DNA from: Lytechinus pictus
Lineage: Eukaryota
Direction: 5' to 3'
NCBI RefSeq assembly: GCF_037042905.1
Contig: NC_087245.1
Span: forward strand, 22,074,001-22,138,000
Length of the DNA: 64,000 bases
Shown: positions 1 through 12,300 of the stretch, piece by piece
How positions within the stretch are numbered: position 1 is the stretch's first letter
How the letters are laid out: each line of letters starts with the position of its first letter
Notes under the pieces: model-generated
What the model saw: only the letters and a program-made list of their open reading frames with translations
What the model was told of the DNA's origin: nothing
Databases searched by the model: none
Position numbers and translations under genes: made by a program

Positions 1-419
1 ACTGGTCGAACAGTAATTATTTGTAAGTTCATGACCTTGTAATTGTTTAGCCTTATCTTTATTTTACCATAATGATGTCAGTGGTATATCTAGAGAGGCT
101 AGAGGTGTGATTGCTGTTCGAGATAGCTAGTTGTGACTTGTGGGTTGATTTTGGTTCCTGTCGGTATGAGCGGAGCGTCGGGCGGTCACGCGGAGAGCGG
201 AACCCCTTGTCTGTCGGCCTGGAATTCATTCGAACCTCCTTCCTAATGCAGCGGCTCTCTGAGCTCTGCTGCATGCTGAGTGCTACTGCTAGACCAAAAG
301 CTTCGGTCTCTGTTATGTTGGTTGTTCCGCTGAACTCCGTTGGCTCCACTCACCAATTACAGAGACCGAAGTTCTAGCTCGATCTGTACAGGGGACTCAA
401 TGGCCATATGTTTATGTAT

Positions 420-1270
420 AAATTATAAAATAAGTTCGGATAAAACAGGGAAGTGAAGTTGCGCGACAGCCGAAGTAAGTGAGTCACTCGTCAGAAGAGA
501 CATCACTGTTCCCCCCCCCCCCTTTTTTTAAGTTTATTTTTCCCCGTTTTGGTGAATTTCAGGCCAAAACAGAATAATAATCTTTATTTTGGAACAGTTC
601 TTTTTATATATTTTTATGAAATAAAGACAAAAATCGATGAGGGGGGATTTTGTATTGTTAACCCCCTAATGCCTGATGCCGATGGCTGCACGATAGCGAG
701 CCGTCTGTGTACGAGGAGAAATTTAAAAAATTTAAAAATGTTAAAAAACTCCTCGAAACAGACGGCTGCCAGCTGTCTAGCTGAGTGCTGTCACTCACGC
801 CGGCATGGCCCATGGCTAGACCAAAAGCTTTGGTTGTTCCGCTGAACTGCGTTGGCTCCACTCACCAATTACAGAGACCAAAGTTCTAACTAACCCAGGG
901 AGCTCCGTCCGGAGCCCAGGATTCGTCCATGTATTAGGCAGAGGGTACTCTCCAAAATGGGGTAGAATGGGGTCGTAATAGCACCCCAAATAAAAGGGGA
1001 AAAAATTAATTATGCACTTACCTCGATTATATGGATGAAGGTCTATCGTGACACAGAATCCTGACATCAAGGCACAAACAGGACCCTCAAAAAAAGGAAA
1101 AGTTCTGTCTCATTTGTTCTCCTTTCAAAATTGAAAACAAAATGGCTGATCGATACCGAGAACGAACGCGACATGGAGGTCTAACTATTCCTTTTTTTGA
1201 GGGTCCAGTTGGTGCCTCGATGTCGGGATTCTGTGTCACGATAGACCTTCATCCATATAATCCAGGTAAG
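420..1270 (+). promoter_or_regulatory. Candidate CpG-rich promoter / 5' non-coding first exon region of the hyccin gene
   Basis: Coding exon 1 has a splice acceptor 5 nt upstream of its ATG, so an upstream UTR exon is needed. This region is CpG-rich and has consensus donors GAA|GTAAGT (475) and CAG|GTAAGT (1266), plus ETS-like GGAAGTG and YY1-like AAAATGGC motifs. Confidence 0.4.
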
Positions 1271-1411
1271 TGTATAATTAATTTTTTCCCCTTTTTATTT
1301 GGAGTGCTATTGGCTTATTGCGACCCCATTCTACCCCATTTTGGAAAGTACCCATATCTGCCTAGTAAGTATACACGAACGAGTCCTGGGCTCCGGCCCC
1401 CGAAGCTCCCT
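896..1411. mobile_element. Fold-back / MITE-like element with ~200-bp inverted arms
   Basis: About 897-1100 is the reverse complement of about 1187-1411 (AGGGAGCT...AGCTCCCT). TAACC lies on both flanks. Confidence 0.75.
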
Positions 1412-2869
1412 AACCTGATCTCTACAGGGACTCAATGGCCAGTAGAGGCACACAGGCAATGTGGGAGACTAGGCCTGACTTGAAACGGATATTTCAATAT
1501 TCAGATACCCGACACTGAAAACCGGACGGCGGACGGGTATCCGAAATTTTACCCTGAAATATAAAAAATATATATCCATTTGCACTTATTTGAGTTATAT
1601 TTAAGATTTTCAGTTATATTTGAGTTTTGAACCTATCCGATGATGGCGAGAGTCAGCATGCGCTAATTAAGATATTTCTGAAAACCACAAAATTACGAGA
1701 AGCTGAATATTTTGGGTTGAATCTGTTTTGCAATCAGATTTGACTAATGTGAGTCAGCGTGAGGCTACGGCTACAAATGTAGATCGTATGACCGTGTAAG
1801 CTATTAGTAAATGACTATTATTTGAGTTATACAAGTCGGGCCTAGTTACGATCCCATTTAAATGATTTAATGGTTGCGAGAGTACATGTATGTGTGTTTA
1901 TTTTTTAGTTCCGATCGAATGAAATAAGATGCAATGAATTTGACCGAGGCGAGTGTAAGTGCGAGTCTACTATTACTAAAAGTCTAAAACCAGACAGGCC
2001 TACATCATTCAGCTCATGCACGTGATGTCCTGTCTGGACGTGTCTGTAGTGAATCGTCCGATATATATTTGGTCACATTACACTCGCTACACCTTCAAAT
2101 TGGAATATTTTCATTTTCATGTCGGGTTTCTCCCCATTCCCCAAATCATAGCCAAGCTTCTCATTTCTCAACTTCTGAAACATAATCACACTTCTAACAA
2201 AGATTCAAGACAAGATTTAATCACAGTAACAGTAACTAATCACTTACATTCATCACCAGTAAGTTTTGCTGCAAAACATGTCGATCCACAACCGACCACA
2301 TTCTCGGCAGGCGCACATCATAAACCTTTCTGGCACGATACCGCCTTTTAAGTATTGTTGTTTACGTGATGATGTATATCAAAATTTATAGTGGATATGC
2401 CATTTAAACTGAAATAAAGGAAAATGTGTGTGTTTTGTAATTTATATATTACATATTAATTCATGAAAGAGATTTTCAATTGACAATTATCATTCTTTCA
2501 TAATTCAATAATTCTACCAGAATAAAATATGAAGTTTTGATCCTGATATAAGTTTCTACGAACAAGTTATCAAAATATAAACATACGTGAACAATTTAAA
2601 ATTTGCAATAACACAAATACAATTGACATCTAGATAATGGACAGTTTCATTCTAATTAATCATTATTAATGACAGTTCAAGAAAGAAAAGGGATGATTCA
2701 TTATTTCGGATTTGATAAATAAATCAAAAGAAACAAAATAAAAAGGCCAATCAACATGTATTTGACGTTTACATGATTTCAAAATTATCTTCATTTTTCG
2801 TTCATATCGAGAGTTGATGTGAGAAAAAAGGACTGAAAATGAATATTTCGTTACGCATTTCAATTTAAA

Positions 2870-3170
2870 TAAATTACAAAAAACAACATGACACACGCAG
2901 CCAACATTCATTCAACGTTTTCATAGTTTCAAAAATAATCATCTTCATTGGTAACCAAAGTTGCTGTGAGAAAAAGTAGAATTCATTTTGCATTTGATGA
3001 ATAAATTACAAGAAACAACATGACACATGCAATCAACATTCATTCGACGTTTTCAACTTTTCATAGTTTCAAAAATAATCATCTTCATTGGTAACCAAAG
3101 TTGCTGTGAGAAAAAGTAGAATTCATTTTGCATTTGATGAATAAATTACAAGAAACAACATGACACACCC
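2870..3170. repeat. Tandem duplication of a ~140-bp unit
   Basis: TTTCATAGTTTCAAAAATAATCATCTTCATTGGTAACC...AAGAAACAACATGACAC occurs at about 2919 and about 3059. Confidence 0.8.
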
Positions 3171-4599
3171 GAGTAACCCGATCAACATTTATTTGACGCT
3201 TAAATGGTTTCAAATTATCTTCATTCTTCACTCGCATTGAAAGTCGAGGTAAGAAAATATACGATGAGTTACGCATTTGAAATCATCGAAACATAAAAAA
3301 GAAAAACGATCTTAAGCGCCACCATAGTAAAATCGCCATCGTTGTCAGAATGGAACTTTACTCCATTCACGGACGGTCATGCTCCAAAACTGATATAAAA
3401 ACGATGGTTTTCGGCGGGAATATATTACTGAAGAAGATTAATTGATATTGGTGATTATATTGGCGACTAAAACTAATAAATTTTGTTGGTGAGTCTTACT
3501 AAATTTAATGAGTTGGGGGGATTTTGCATTGTTAACGGTAAATTGGCAGCTGCACGATTGCGAGACGTCTGTGTACGAATAGAAAATAGCATAATATATT
3601 ACACATTTCCTATCCTTTTCTTTCTTTTGCCATTTTTTTCTTGGTAGTAGAACCTATAGCCTTTCCATTCTACCATTATTTCCCGTTTTTTTCCTCTTTT
3701 CTTTTTTTAATTAAATTCATTTTTGCCATCTCTTAAATCTTTTCCCCTTTCTCACTCATTTATTAGTATTTCGGGTTGATGTTCTCCTTTCCTTCCTTTT
3801 CACTCTTTCCTTGCATTTGACTTTCTTATCTTTATATTCTTTCTTAATTTCTCTTTTACCTTTCCATTTTCCTTTCTTGTTCCCTCTTTTTCTTTTTCCC
3901 TTTCTCTCTTCTCCTTTTCCCCTTTTCCATTTTATTAAAATTTTCTTGGCGAAATCCGTCCGGCCAGGGGGCTGTCCCCTGCCTTGCCTGTTATATCACT
4001 GTTAGTAGTGAAAAACTCATTCCCCATAAATATATATATATTCATCTTGCCCATTGCGCTCGCAACATTTATTTAGCAAGATACATGTACTAATGTGTTG
4101 AGAGTAAGCAAGAAGTGGTGATAGACAACAAAAAAAAAAATGGGGGGATGATATTGATCTTCCTTATTTCATTTAATTTATTTCCAAATAACAGCAAAGT
4201 AAATACATATTTTCATCTCAACATCATTATGGAAAGGATATAATAACTACATAAAAATAAGACAATACATTGGTAAAAAGTAGCAAAATAATTGGTAATG
4301 ATTATCTAACTTAAAAAAAACTGTCATGTGGAGGAAACCTTGAGAAAGCAGAGCTTGTGAAACAGGTTCCCCTTAATAATAAACTTTTATGATTGTGGGC
4401 AGCAATGGGAAGACAAGACAATCATTTTCATGATTACAAAAATTCTCTCGAATGTTCCGTTTTAATTGTAGTTCAAAATCTAAGGAAAAAAAATCTTGCG
4501 ATTTGCGCTCGCTATCATTGATTTAAGCCTTATTACATAATCTAATATTGTTTGTAAGAATAAAACTAAATATACCTAAACTTCAGACTTCAGTATCAA

Positions 4600-5600
4600 A
4601 TTCAAGTACAAGTTTATTTAAACCAATCAAAACAAGAGACATTACACAGTTTAACAAAAAAATAAGAATACATGATAGGTTTGGGACCCCATAGAAGCAG
4701 AGCTTGTGAGAGGGGCCCCTTATATAGAACATTACAGCAAGAATGAGATGAAAAATATATACAATGATAATCGAGAGAGTAAATAAGAAAAATACATACA
4801 AAAATCCACACACACATACACACACACATATGGTTTATCAAGATTCAATTTAAGATATTTTGTAATCTTTCAAATAAATATTTTCTACATGAATTTTTAA
4901 ATATGGGCAGTTAAGGACTGGATCTAAAGCTTTGTGGTAACCAGTAGTGAGTTAAGTTTATTGTAGGTGCCTTGAGCACCCCTAATAGGGTGGATATGTT
5001 TTGCGCATTATAAATGTCTTATTATTATTATCCATTCTTTGCTATAAACTATCACAAAAGAATTCAAAGCAGTATTTGTTCTTGCAAGTGGTTGGTGGAT
5101 AAGATTTTTCTGCCGTGTATTGTACAAATGGACATTCGAGTTAACAACAAATGCATCTTTTAAAAATGAATAGTTTTGAGAGGATTGTGATTTGTACATA
5201 AATATCAAACAATTGAAGGAGACTAAATCATCAAGAGGCAAAATCTTCAATTGCAGAAATAAAGGAATACTTGGACATCTGTAATTCGAATATGTTATGA
5301 GCCTCATAACTTTCTTCTGAAGAATTAGCAGTTTGTTTAAATGGTTCCTATTATATGTATTTCCCCATGCAACATTACAATAATTTAAGTGTGGCATAAT
5401 AATAGCATTGTAAAGAGTTTAGGTGTGCTGAGGTAGAGAGAAACGTAACTTATAAATGACACCAACACTCCTTGATACCTTAGTACAAACATAACTGAGG
5501 TGATTTTTCCATGATAAATGCATCAACTACAACTCCCAGAAACCTTTACATCTTGACTTTGATTGATCTGATGGCCACCGATTGATAAATGGATTAGTAT
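4600..5600 (-). mobile_element. Degenerate 3' fragment of a CR1/L2-group (Crack/Daphne-like) non-LTR retrotransposon, RT C-terminal region
   Basis: ORF 5008..5397 (PHLNYCNVAWGNT...LILQKKVMRLIT...PLFLQLKILPL...HLYNTR). Upstream frameshifted FLGVVVD/HLSWKNH...VSRSVGVIYKLR. AATAAA and a short-repeat tail near 4615. Interrupted by a SINE tail at about 4900-5030. Confidence 0.85.
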
Positions 5601-6245
5601 CTTCAGGGACTCTTTTACCGGGCCCTGCTATTACTCTTCTATATTTTTTTTCTTTCATTTCTGTTGCGATATGAATCCATGTACCCTAATCAATCTAACG
5701 ACCTTTCCCATCACATACATATTTCAAATTTTGTTTTGTCTGGAACTCCTTAGTCTGGTTAACTTCTCAAGATTGAATGGAGTTTAACATTTATACTGAC
5801 TTGTTTTAGTACATTTTTTTATTGTTTTTGTTTATTTTTATCAATTTTCTTTGTGAAATCGAGAACAGTTTATCTACATGTACTGTACATTGTAGTTGTA
5901 CTGTACAAGCATTATAATTCAGCCTTTTTCTGCAAGAAATGTATTATGTATCAATAAAAGACCTGTATTGTGATATCATTTTTTTTAATCAAGACATTTT
6001 TAATGAAACTATTGGCTGACAGAGAGTTTTGATGTCTATACAAAACAGGAATGTTGGAGTACCGTACCATAGGTGTCATTTTAGCAAAAAAATAACAATT
6101 TAGAATTTTTCCTGTCATTTGTGATCATTTAAAAAGTTAACCGTGCAGTGTGGTGGCGAATTACCTATTTTTTCCATTTATGAAGACTTCAAAGTATTTG
6201 TGATAATAATCAATTTCATTTTGCTTTTCTTCCTCAATAGTCCTG

Positions 6246-6308
6246 ATGACACCAGACAAATTAGAGATGGACCAAAAATTGGTGCGAGAGTGGTTGACAG
6301 AATTTAAG
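6246..6308 (+). CDS. FAM126A: Hyccin coding exon 1 (MTPDKLEMDQKLVREWLTEFK)
   Basis: Polypyrimidine tract and AG acceptor ending at 6240, ATG at 6246, donor AAG|GTACAT at 6309. Resembles the hyccin N-terminus (VVEEWLSEFK). Confidence 0.9.
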
Positions 6309-9300
6309 GTACATTGTAGATCATTTTACAATTACTTTTCACAAGAAATATTGACTGAGAATAATGCTTGGTCTACGTGTAGGGGAAGGCGGGGTAAGTT
6401 GAGCATAGGGGCAAGTTGAGCCACCACCCCCAGGCCAATAATGAATGAGTCAGACATTATGGCGGTGTCATGTATTGATGACCCATTACATAACCCTTAA
6501 CCCCACCACATTGTTTTCAACTTTGAAACAAAAAGTACTTTTTTAGAGGGAAAAATACAAATTTCAGCCAAAAAAGTAAAAAAAGGGTGTGAAATAGATA
6601 AGTGTTTTATTACACACACACGTCTTTACATATAAAAAGACATAAGAACAACATTGTCAGTCCAGGTATGGATCTTCATTCTTGTCACAGTCTTTTACAT
6701 GATGGATGCATCAGAAATGTGTGGATGCGAAATTATCGCATTAAGTTCGGACTGGGGTAAGTTGAGCCAGCTAACATGGGGCAAGTTGAACCATGGTAAT
6801 TCTTATGGTAATGTAAATAAAAAAACAATCAAATCTTATAAAGCCATCGATATGCAGGCAGAAAAGAGCAAATTCACATGACAGTTCTTTTACTTTTAGA
6901 GAATGTAAGTATTTATAGAGAATTAGCAAGTGAAAAGACTTTAAATAAAAAATTGACATGCTGGTTCTTCCCGCATACATTTTGTACATGGTTTTTGTGG
7001 CTCAACTTACCCTAGAAGGTGGCACAATTTACCCCACAGATGGGGCAAGTTGTGCCACTTGACATCGTTTTTTCAAAGGTCACAACGACTTTCAGTGTGG
7101 GGGGAGAACGTTGTATATAGGTGAAAAAGATTTCCCAAGGGACTGTACTTATTTCTACAATATTATTAGTTATATCAATTCTATCATGCAAAATGCAAAA
7201 AGTGTCACAACTTACCCCGCCTTCCCCTATGTAGCATTTGAATGCCCTTGTTATTTCATTTATCAGATGCCGTACGTACATGTAAGGCATCTTTATAGTC
7301 AACAACATGAACTGTTGGCATTCATGCAGTTCCTTATATTACTTTATCAAGATGACTTCTAAAATTACATGTATTATGTAAAATGCTAAACAATGAGTTA
7401 AATAATTGTTTGCATGCCATTGGAATATCATTATGATGAAACATCTAAACTTACAAGGCCAAAACATACTAGATGATGAACAATTTTCATTTTCATCAGA
7501 AATAAGCAATGGTTTCTCAATGTCTATTCTATTGTGTTTCAGCCAATTTTATTGTCTCCTGTCTTGAAACAGAAGTATAATGATATTCATTTATTACAAA
7601 AAGGAGCAATTTTCTTGTTCATTCAATATCATAATGCATGTTAAAGAATACATGTGTGAGATTTTGTTTAATTATCCTCTTCTACCTGTAGGCACTACCT
7701 GGTTCTGGGATGCCAGCTTTTGCTCGTCAAATCAGCAGTAATGTGGAACTCCTGAAGGCTCTGTTTCATGTCCTGAATTCAAGCTCGTCAGTGGTAAGTT
7801 CATATAATTTTTAAAGTTCTTCTTTATCTGTAAAATAGCCATTGAGGTCTCATCTAATAATCGTAAAGAAGAAGTCCACCCCAATAGAAAGAGAAATAGG
7901 TAAAATCCAACAAGGAAACCACTGAAGATTACATCTAAATGAGTTGATAAGAAAGTTGTGGCTTTTTTAGAATTTCACTTATGTTTCACATGACAGTTAT
8001 CCACAACACAAATGCGAGTCGATGTTGTCACTCACTCAGTATTTCCTTTATATTGCAGACTTGATAATAAGGAGACTCTCCATCAAAAGACAATAGGTTG
8101 CAAATTTGACAATTCCACATGTTGAAGGAAATCTTATCAAAGTTTGTCCTACCTCTTAATGGGGAGTGAAAAAAAAATATATTAAATACAAAAGAAATAG
8201 TGAATGGGTTACATCATCGGTTCCCGAATTTGTGAACTGACCAGGATGTGCATACTGTGAAATAAGCAAACTTTAAAATTTCATAACTTTCTTTTTTTAC
8301 ATCCTATTTTGATGAAATTTTTCAGACTAGAACCTATATTTCTCTCGTATTAAAGTCAATTTTTATTTGGTTTAGACTTTCCCTTTTAGTCAAGTAAAAT
8401 AAATGTATAGACTTTATTGCCTCTGCCCTATAAAAGGGACCTGAAGATATATGCATTTAAAATGAAATAAAGATGAAAAACAAAGAAGATATATGAAAAA
8501 AAAAAGAGGCAGGCCTAATTTTGATAGAATTAAATACATTGTTGATGAAATTAATACAATATATTTATGTGTATAGTGCATTTTTTGTCATACTTACCTC
8601 TAAATCTAATGATACTAAGGATTTTTATTTGTTGTGTCCATCATAATTGTTTATTTTTAGCATTTCCATGGAAAAAAATTGATACATTATATTTTGATAT
8701 ATATTTTTTGAAAGAATTGTTGCAAATGAAAATAGAAAATCTAATTAACACCTTAAGCTACATGCTTAAACATTATGTAATAATTAATTTGTATTCTTAT
8801 TTAAAACCAGAAGTACATATTACCAGTAATACAAAAAAACGAAATCAAATTAAAATGATGTATGGTATCACATGTATATGTCTAGCATGTGTTTGTAATG
8901 TGCAACACAGGAAGAAAAGGAACACATTTGATTAGAGAGTGAATAAACCATATTGATATCTAGAGGAGGAAAATTAATACAATATATTTATGTGTATAGT
9001 GCATTTTTTGTCATACTTACCTCTAAATCTAATGATACTAAGGATTTTTATTTGTTGTGTCCATCATAATTGTTTATTTTTAGCATTTCCATTGAAAAAA
9101 AATAATACATTATATTTTGATATATAGGAATCTGCAGAAACATCTCTGTGCTAGGGGCCACGGGGCCAGGGCAGTCCAACTGGCAATTAACAAAGTTCGT
9201 TCTCTCCCCAGATCTGAAGTTCTCAAACCAAAAAGTGACAAGGAGACCACCGACAGAATACCGCTTGTGACCACCTTCCATCCCAATCTACCCCCTCTCC

Positions 9301-12300
9301 GCAAAATCCTGTTTGATAACCACCACATTTTACACACTTCTGATCGTCTCCAACAGGCCGTTCCCGATACTCCCCTTCTAGCATACCGACGCCCACCGAA
9401 TCTCAGGGACCTCATTGTTCGTGCTGAAGTGCCCTCCCTCACTAACCATTCTTCTCCCATACAGCATGGCACCTTCAAATGCACCAGCAACAGGTGCATC
9501 ATATGTGAAATACACCTTCACGAGGGCGATACTTTCACCAGCAACTCTACCAGCCTGTCTCACCAAATCAAGGGCAACATCACATGCACTACCACTAATG
9601 TTGTATATCTCATCACTTGCAGAGTTTGTAGGGTACAATACATAGGGGAAACCAAGACCACACTCAAGAAACGATTCTACGGGCACAGATCCACCGTCAA
9701 CACAGCAAAGCTGGACACTCCAGTTGGCCGCCATTTTAACCTCCCCAACCACTCCATCACTGACATGATGCTACAGGGCATCGAATCTTTAGGTACCCGT
9801 CCTGACTCAGTCCGTACTAGCAGGGAGAAGCTCTGGATGAGACGACTTCGCACCACCCAACCTCATGGCCTGAACATCCAAGAGGGGAACGACTGATTTT
9901 TCTTTCCTATCCACTTTCAATTTATATATACATGTAATTTTTCCCCTCAGCTCTTTTGAATAGTTACATTATAGTTTCTTACTCTACTTTCCTCCCATAT
10001 CTCATACAAGCTCAGCTCCAATTTTTCCTTCCTTATTCAGGCGATATAATAATTATTATATATATATATATTTGTTTTTTCTCCACTCACCTCTTTTAGA
10101 TTTACCACATTTGCTTATTTACATGTATACTATGGTTTCTTCATTATAAACCCCCTCTCTTCTATATTTGCTTTTACCTTTTTAGGCAATTTGCTTCCTC
10201 TTTTTCACATATACAGATTTTTTTTTCTTTCCTACTATATAGTCTTATGTTTTTTCCTGTCACACCTAGCGGATTACCATATCAGTTACACCATATGTGT
10301 ATATATTTATATATTTTTTCATATACATTTCTTTTTTGGATATATTTATATACATATCACTTATAGATACATATTTACACTTACCTTCTTCTCTTAGTTT
10401 GTTTAATGCTTTATCATATATACTTATATGTCTTTTGCACATTATCAGTTGTTCCCCATTCTTTTTCTTCTTTTTTCCCCAACTCTTATGCACCAGTTTA
10501 TTAAGCCTTTCTTGTAACCTGTTTGACCCACCTCTCACTAATTCTCTAGTTATTTATCCCTCTATCACTGTTTTGTTCCAGATCCTGTTTGATGTTGCCT
10601 GCCTCATTATCTTAATCCCTCTTGGCCTTACTTACACTAACTTCCCTTTGTGTCTGCCTACTCCTTTTCTTTCATCCCCTTCACTAACCTGATTGGTCTT
10701 CTCTACTCACTAATGCCCCTTTTGTCTCCTTGTTTCTAGTGTTGCTGTAGCTTGTTTGTGGTCTATATTATGGTTGTTCCACTTTATATGTTTGTCATTT
10801 TGCCTCCGACGAAGATTCTGCTAGGATCGAAAGCTTAGGCCCCTTTTTGACTTTATAATATATTTTTTGAAAGAATTGTTGCAAATAAAAATAGAAAATC
10901 TAATTAACACCTTAAGCTACATGCTTAAACATTATGTAATAATTAATTTGTATTCTTATTTAAAACCAGAAGTACATATTACCAGTAATACAAAAAAACA
11001 AAATCAAATAAATGATCCAGGGTATAACATGTCTAGCATGTGTTTGTAATGTACAACACAGGAGGAAAAGGAACACATTTGATTAGAGAGTGAATAAATC
11101 ATATTGATATCTAGAGGAGGAAAATTAATACAATATATTTATGTGTATAGTGCATTTTTTGTCATACTTACCTCTAAATCTAATGATACTAAGGATTTTT
11201 ATTTGTTGTGTCCATCATAATTGTTTATTTTTAGCATTTCCATTGAAAAAATTAATACATTATATTTTTATTATATATTTTTTGAAAGAATTGTTGCAAA
11301 TAAAAATAGAAAATCTAATTAACACCTTAAGCTACATGCTTAAACATTATGTAATGATTAATTTGTATTCTTATTTAAAACCACAAGTACATATTACCAG
11401 TAATACAAAAAAACAAAATCAAATAAATGATCTAGGGTATCACATGTATATGTATAGCATGTGTTTGTAATGTGCAACACAGGAAGAAAAGGAACACATT
11501 TGATTAGAGAGTGAATAAACCATATTGATATCTAGAGGAGGAAAATTAATACAATATATTTATGTGTATAGTGCATTTTTTGTCATACTTACCTCTAAAT
11601 CTAATGATACTAAGGATTTTTATTTGTTGTGTCCATCATAATTGTTTATTTTTAGCATTTCCATTGAAAAAATTAATACATTATATTTTTATTATATATT
11701 TTTTGAAAGAATTGTTGCAAATAAAAATAGAAAATCTAATTAACACCTTAAGCTACATGCTTAAACATTATGTAATAATTAATTTGTATTCTTATTTAAA
11801 ACCAGAAGTACATATTACCAGTAATACAAAAAAACAAAATCAAATAAATGATCCAGGGTATAACATGTATAGCATGTGTTTGTAATGTACAACACAGGAG
11901 GATATGGAACACATTTGATTAGAGAGTGAATAAACCATATTGATATCTAGAGGAGGAAAATTAATACAATATATTTATGTGTATAGTGCATTTTTTGTCA
12001 TACTTACCTCTAAATCTAATGATACTAAGGATTTTTATTTGTTGTGTCCATCATAATTGTTTATTTTTAGCATTTCCATTGAAAAAATTAATACATTATA
12101 TTTTTATTATATATTTTTTGAAAGAATTGTTGCAAATAAAAATAGAAAATCTAATTAACACCTTAAGCTACATGCTTAAACATTATGTCATAATTAATTT
12201 GTATTCTTATTTAAAACCAGAAGTACATATTACCAGTAATACAAAAAAACAAAATCAAATAAATGATCTAGGGTATCACATGTATATGTATAGCATGTGT

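Larger units (their letters stand above)
9127..10854 (+). mobile_element. 5'-truncated Penelope-like retroelement (Neptune-type)
   Basis: GIY-YIG ORF, long pyrimidine-rich 3' region and terminal hammerhead motif. The satellite unit stops at 9126 and resumes at about 10855. Confidence 0.92.

Noticed and set aside
6243..6249. CTGATGA hammerhead-like box at the hyccin start codon (also at about 41842, 52630 and 54006)
   Set aside because: No convincing stem II, GAAA and stem I arrangement.
9110..9752. Minus-strand ORFs of 124-130 aa
   Set aside because: Antisense shadows of the Penelope-like ORF.
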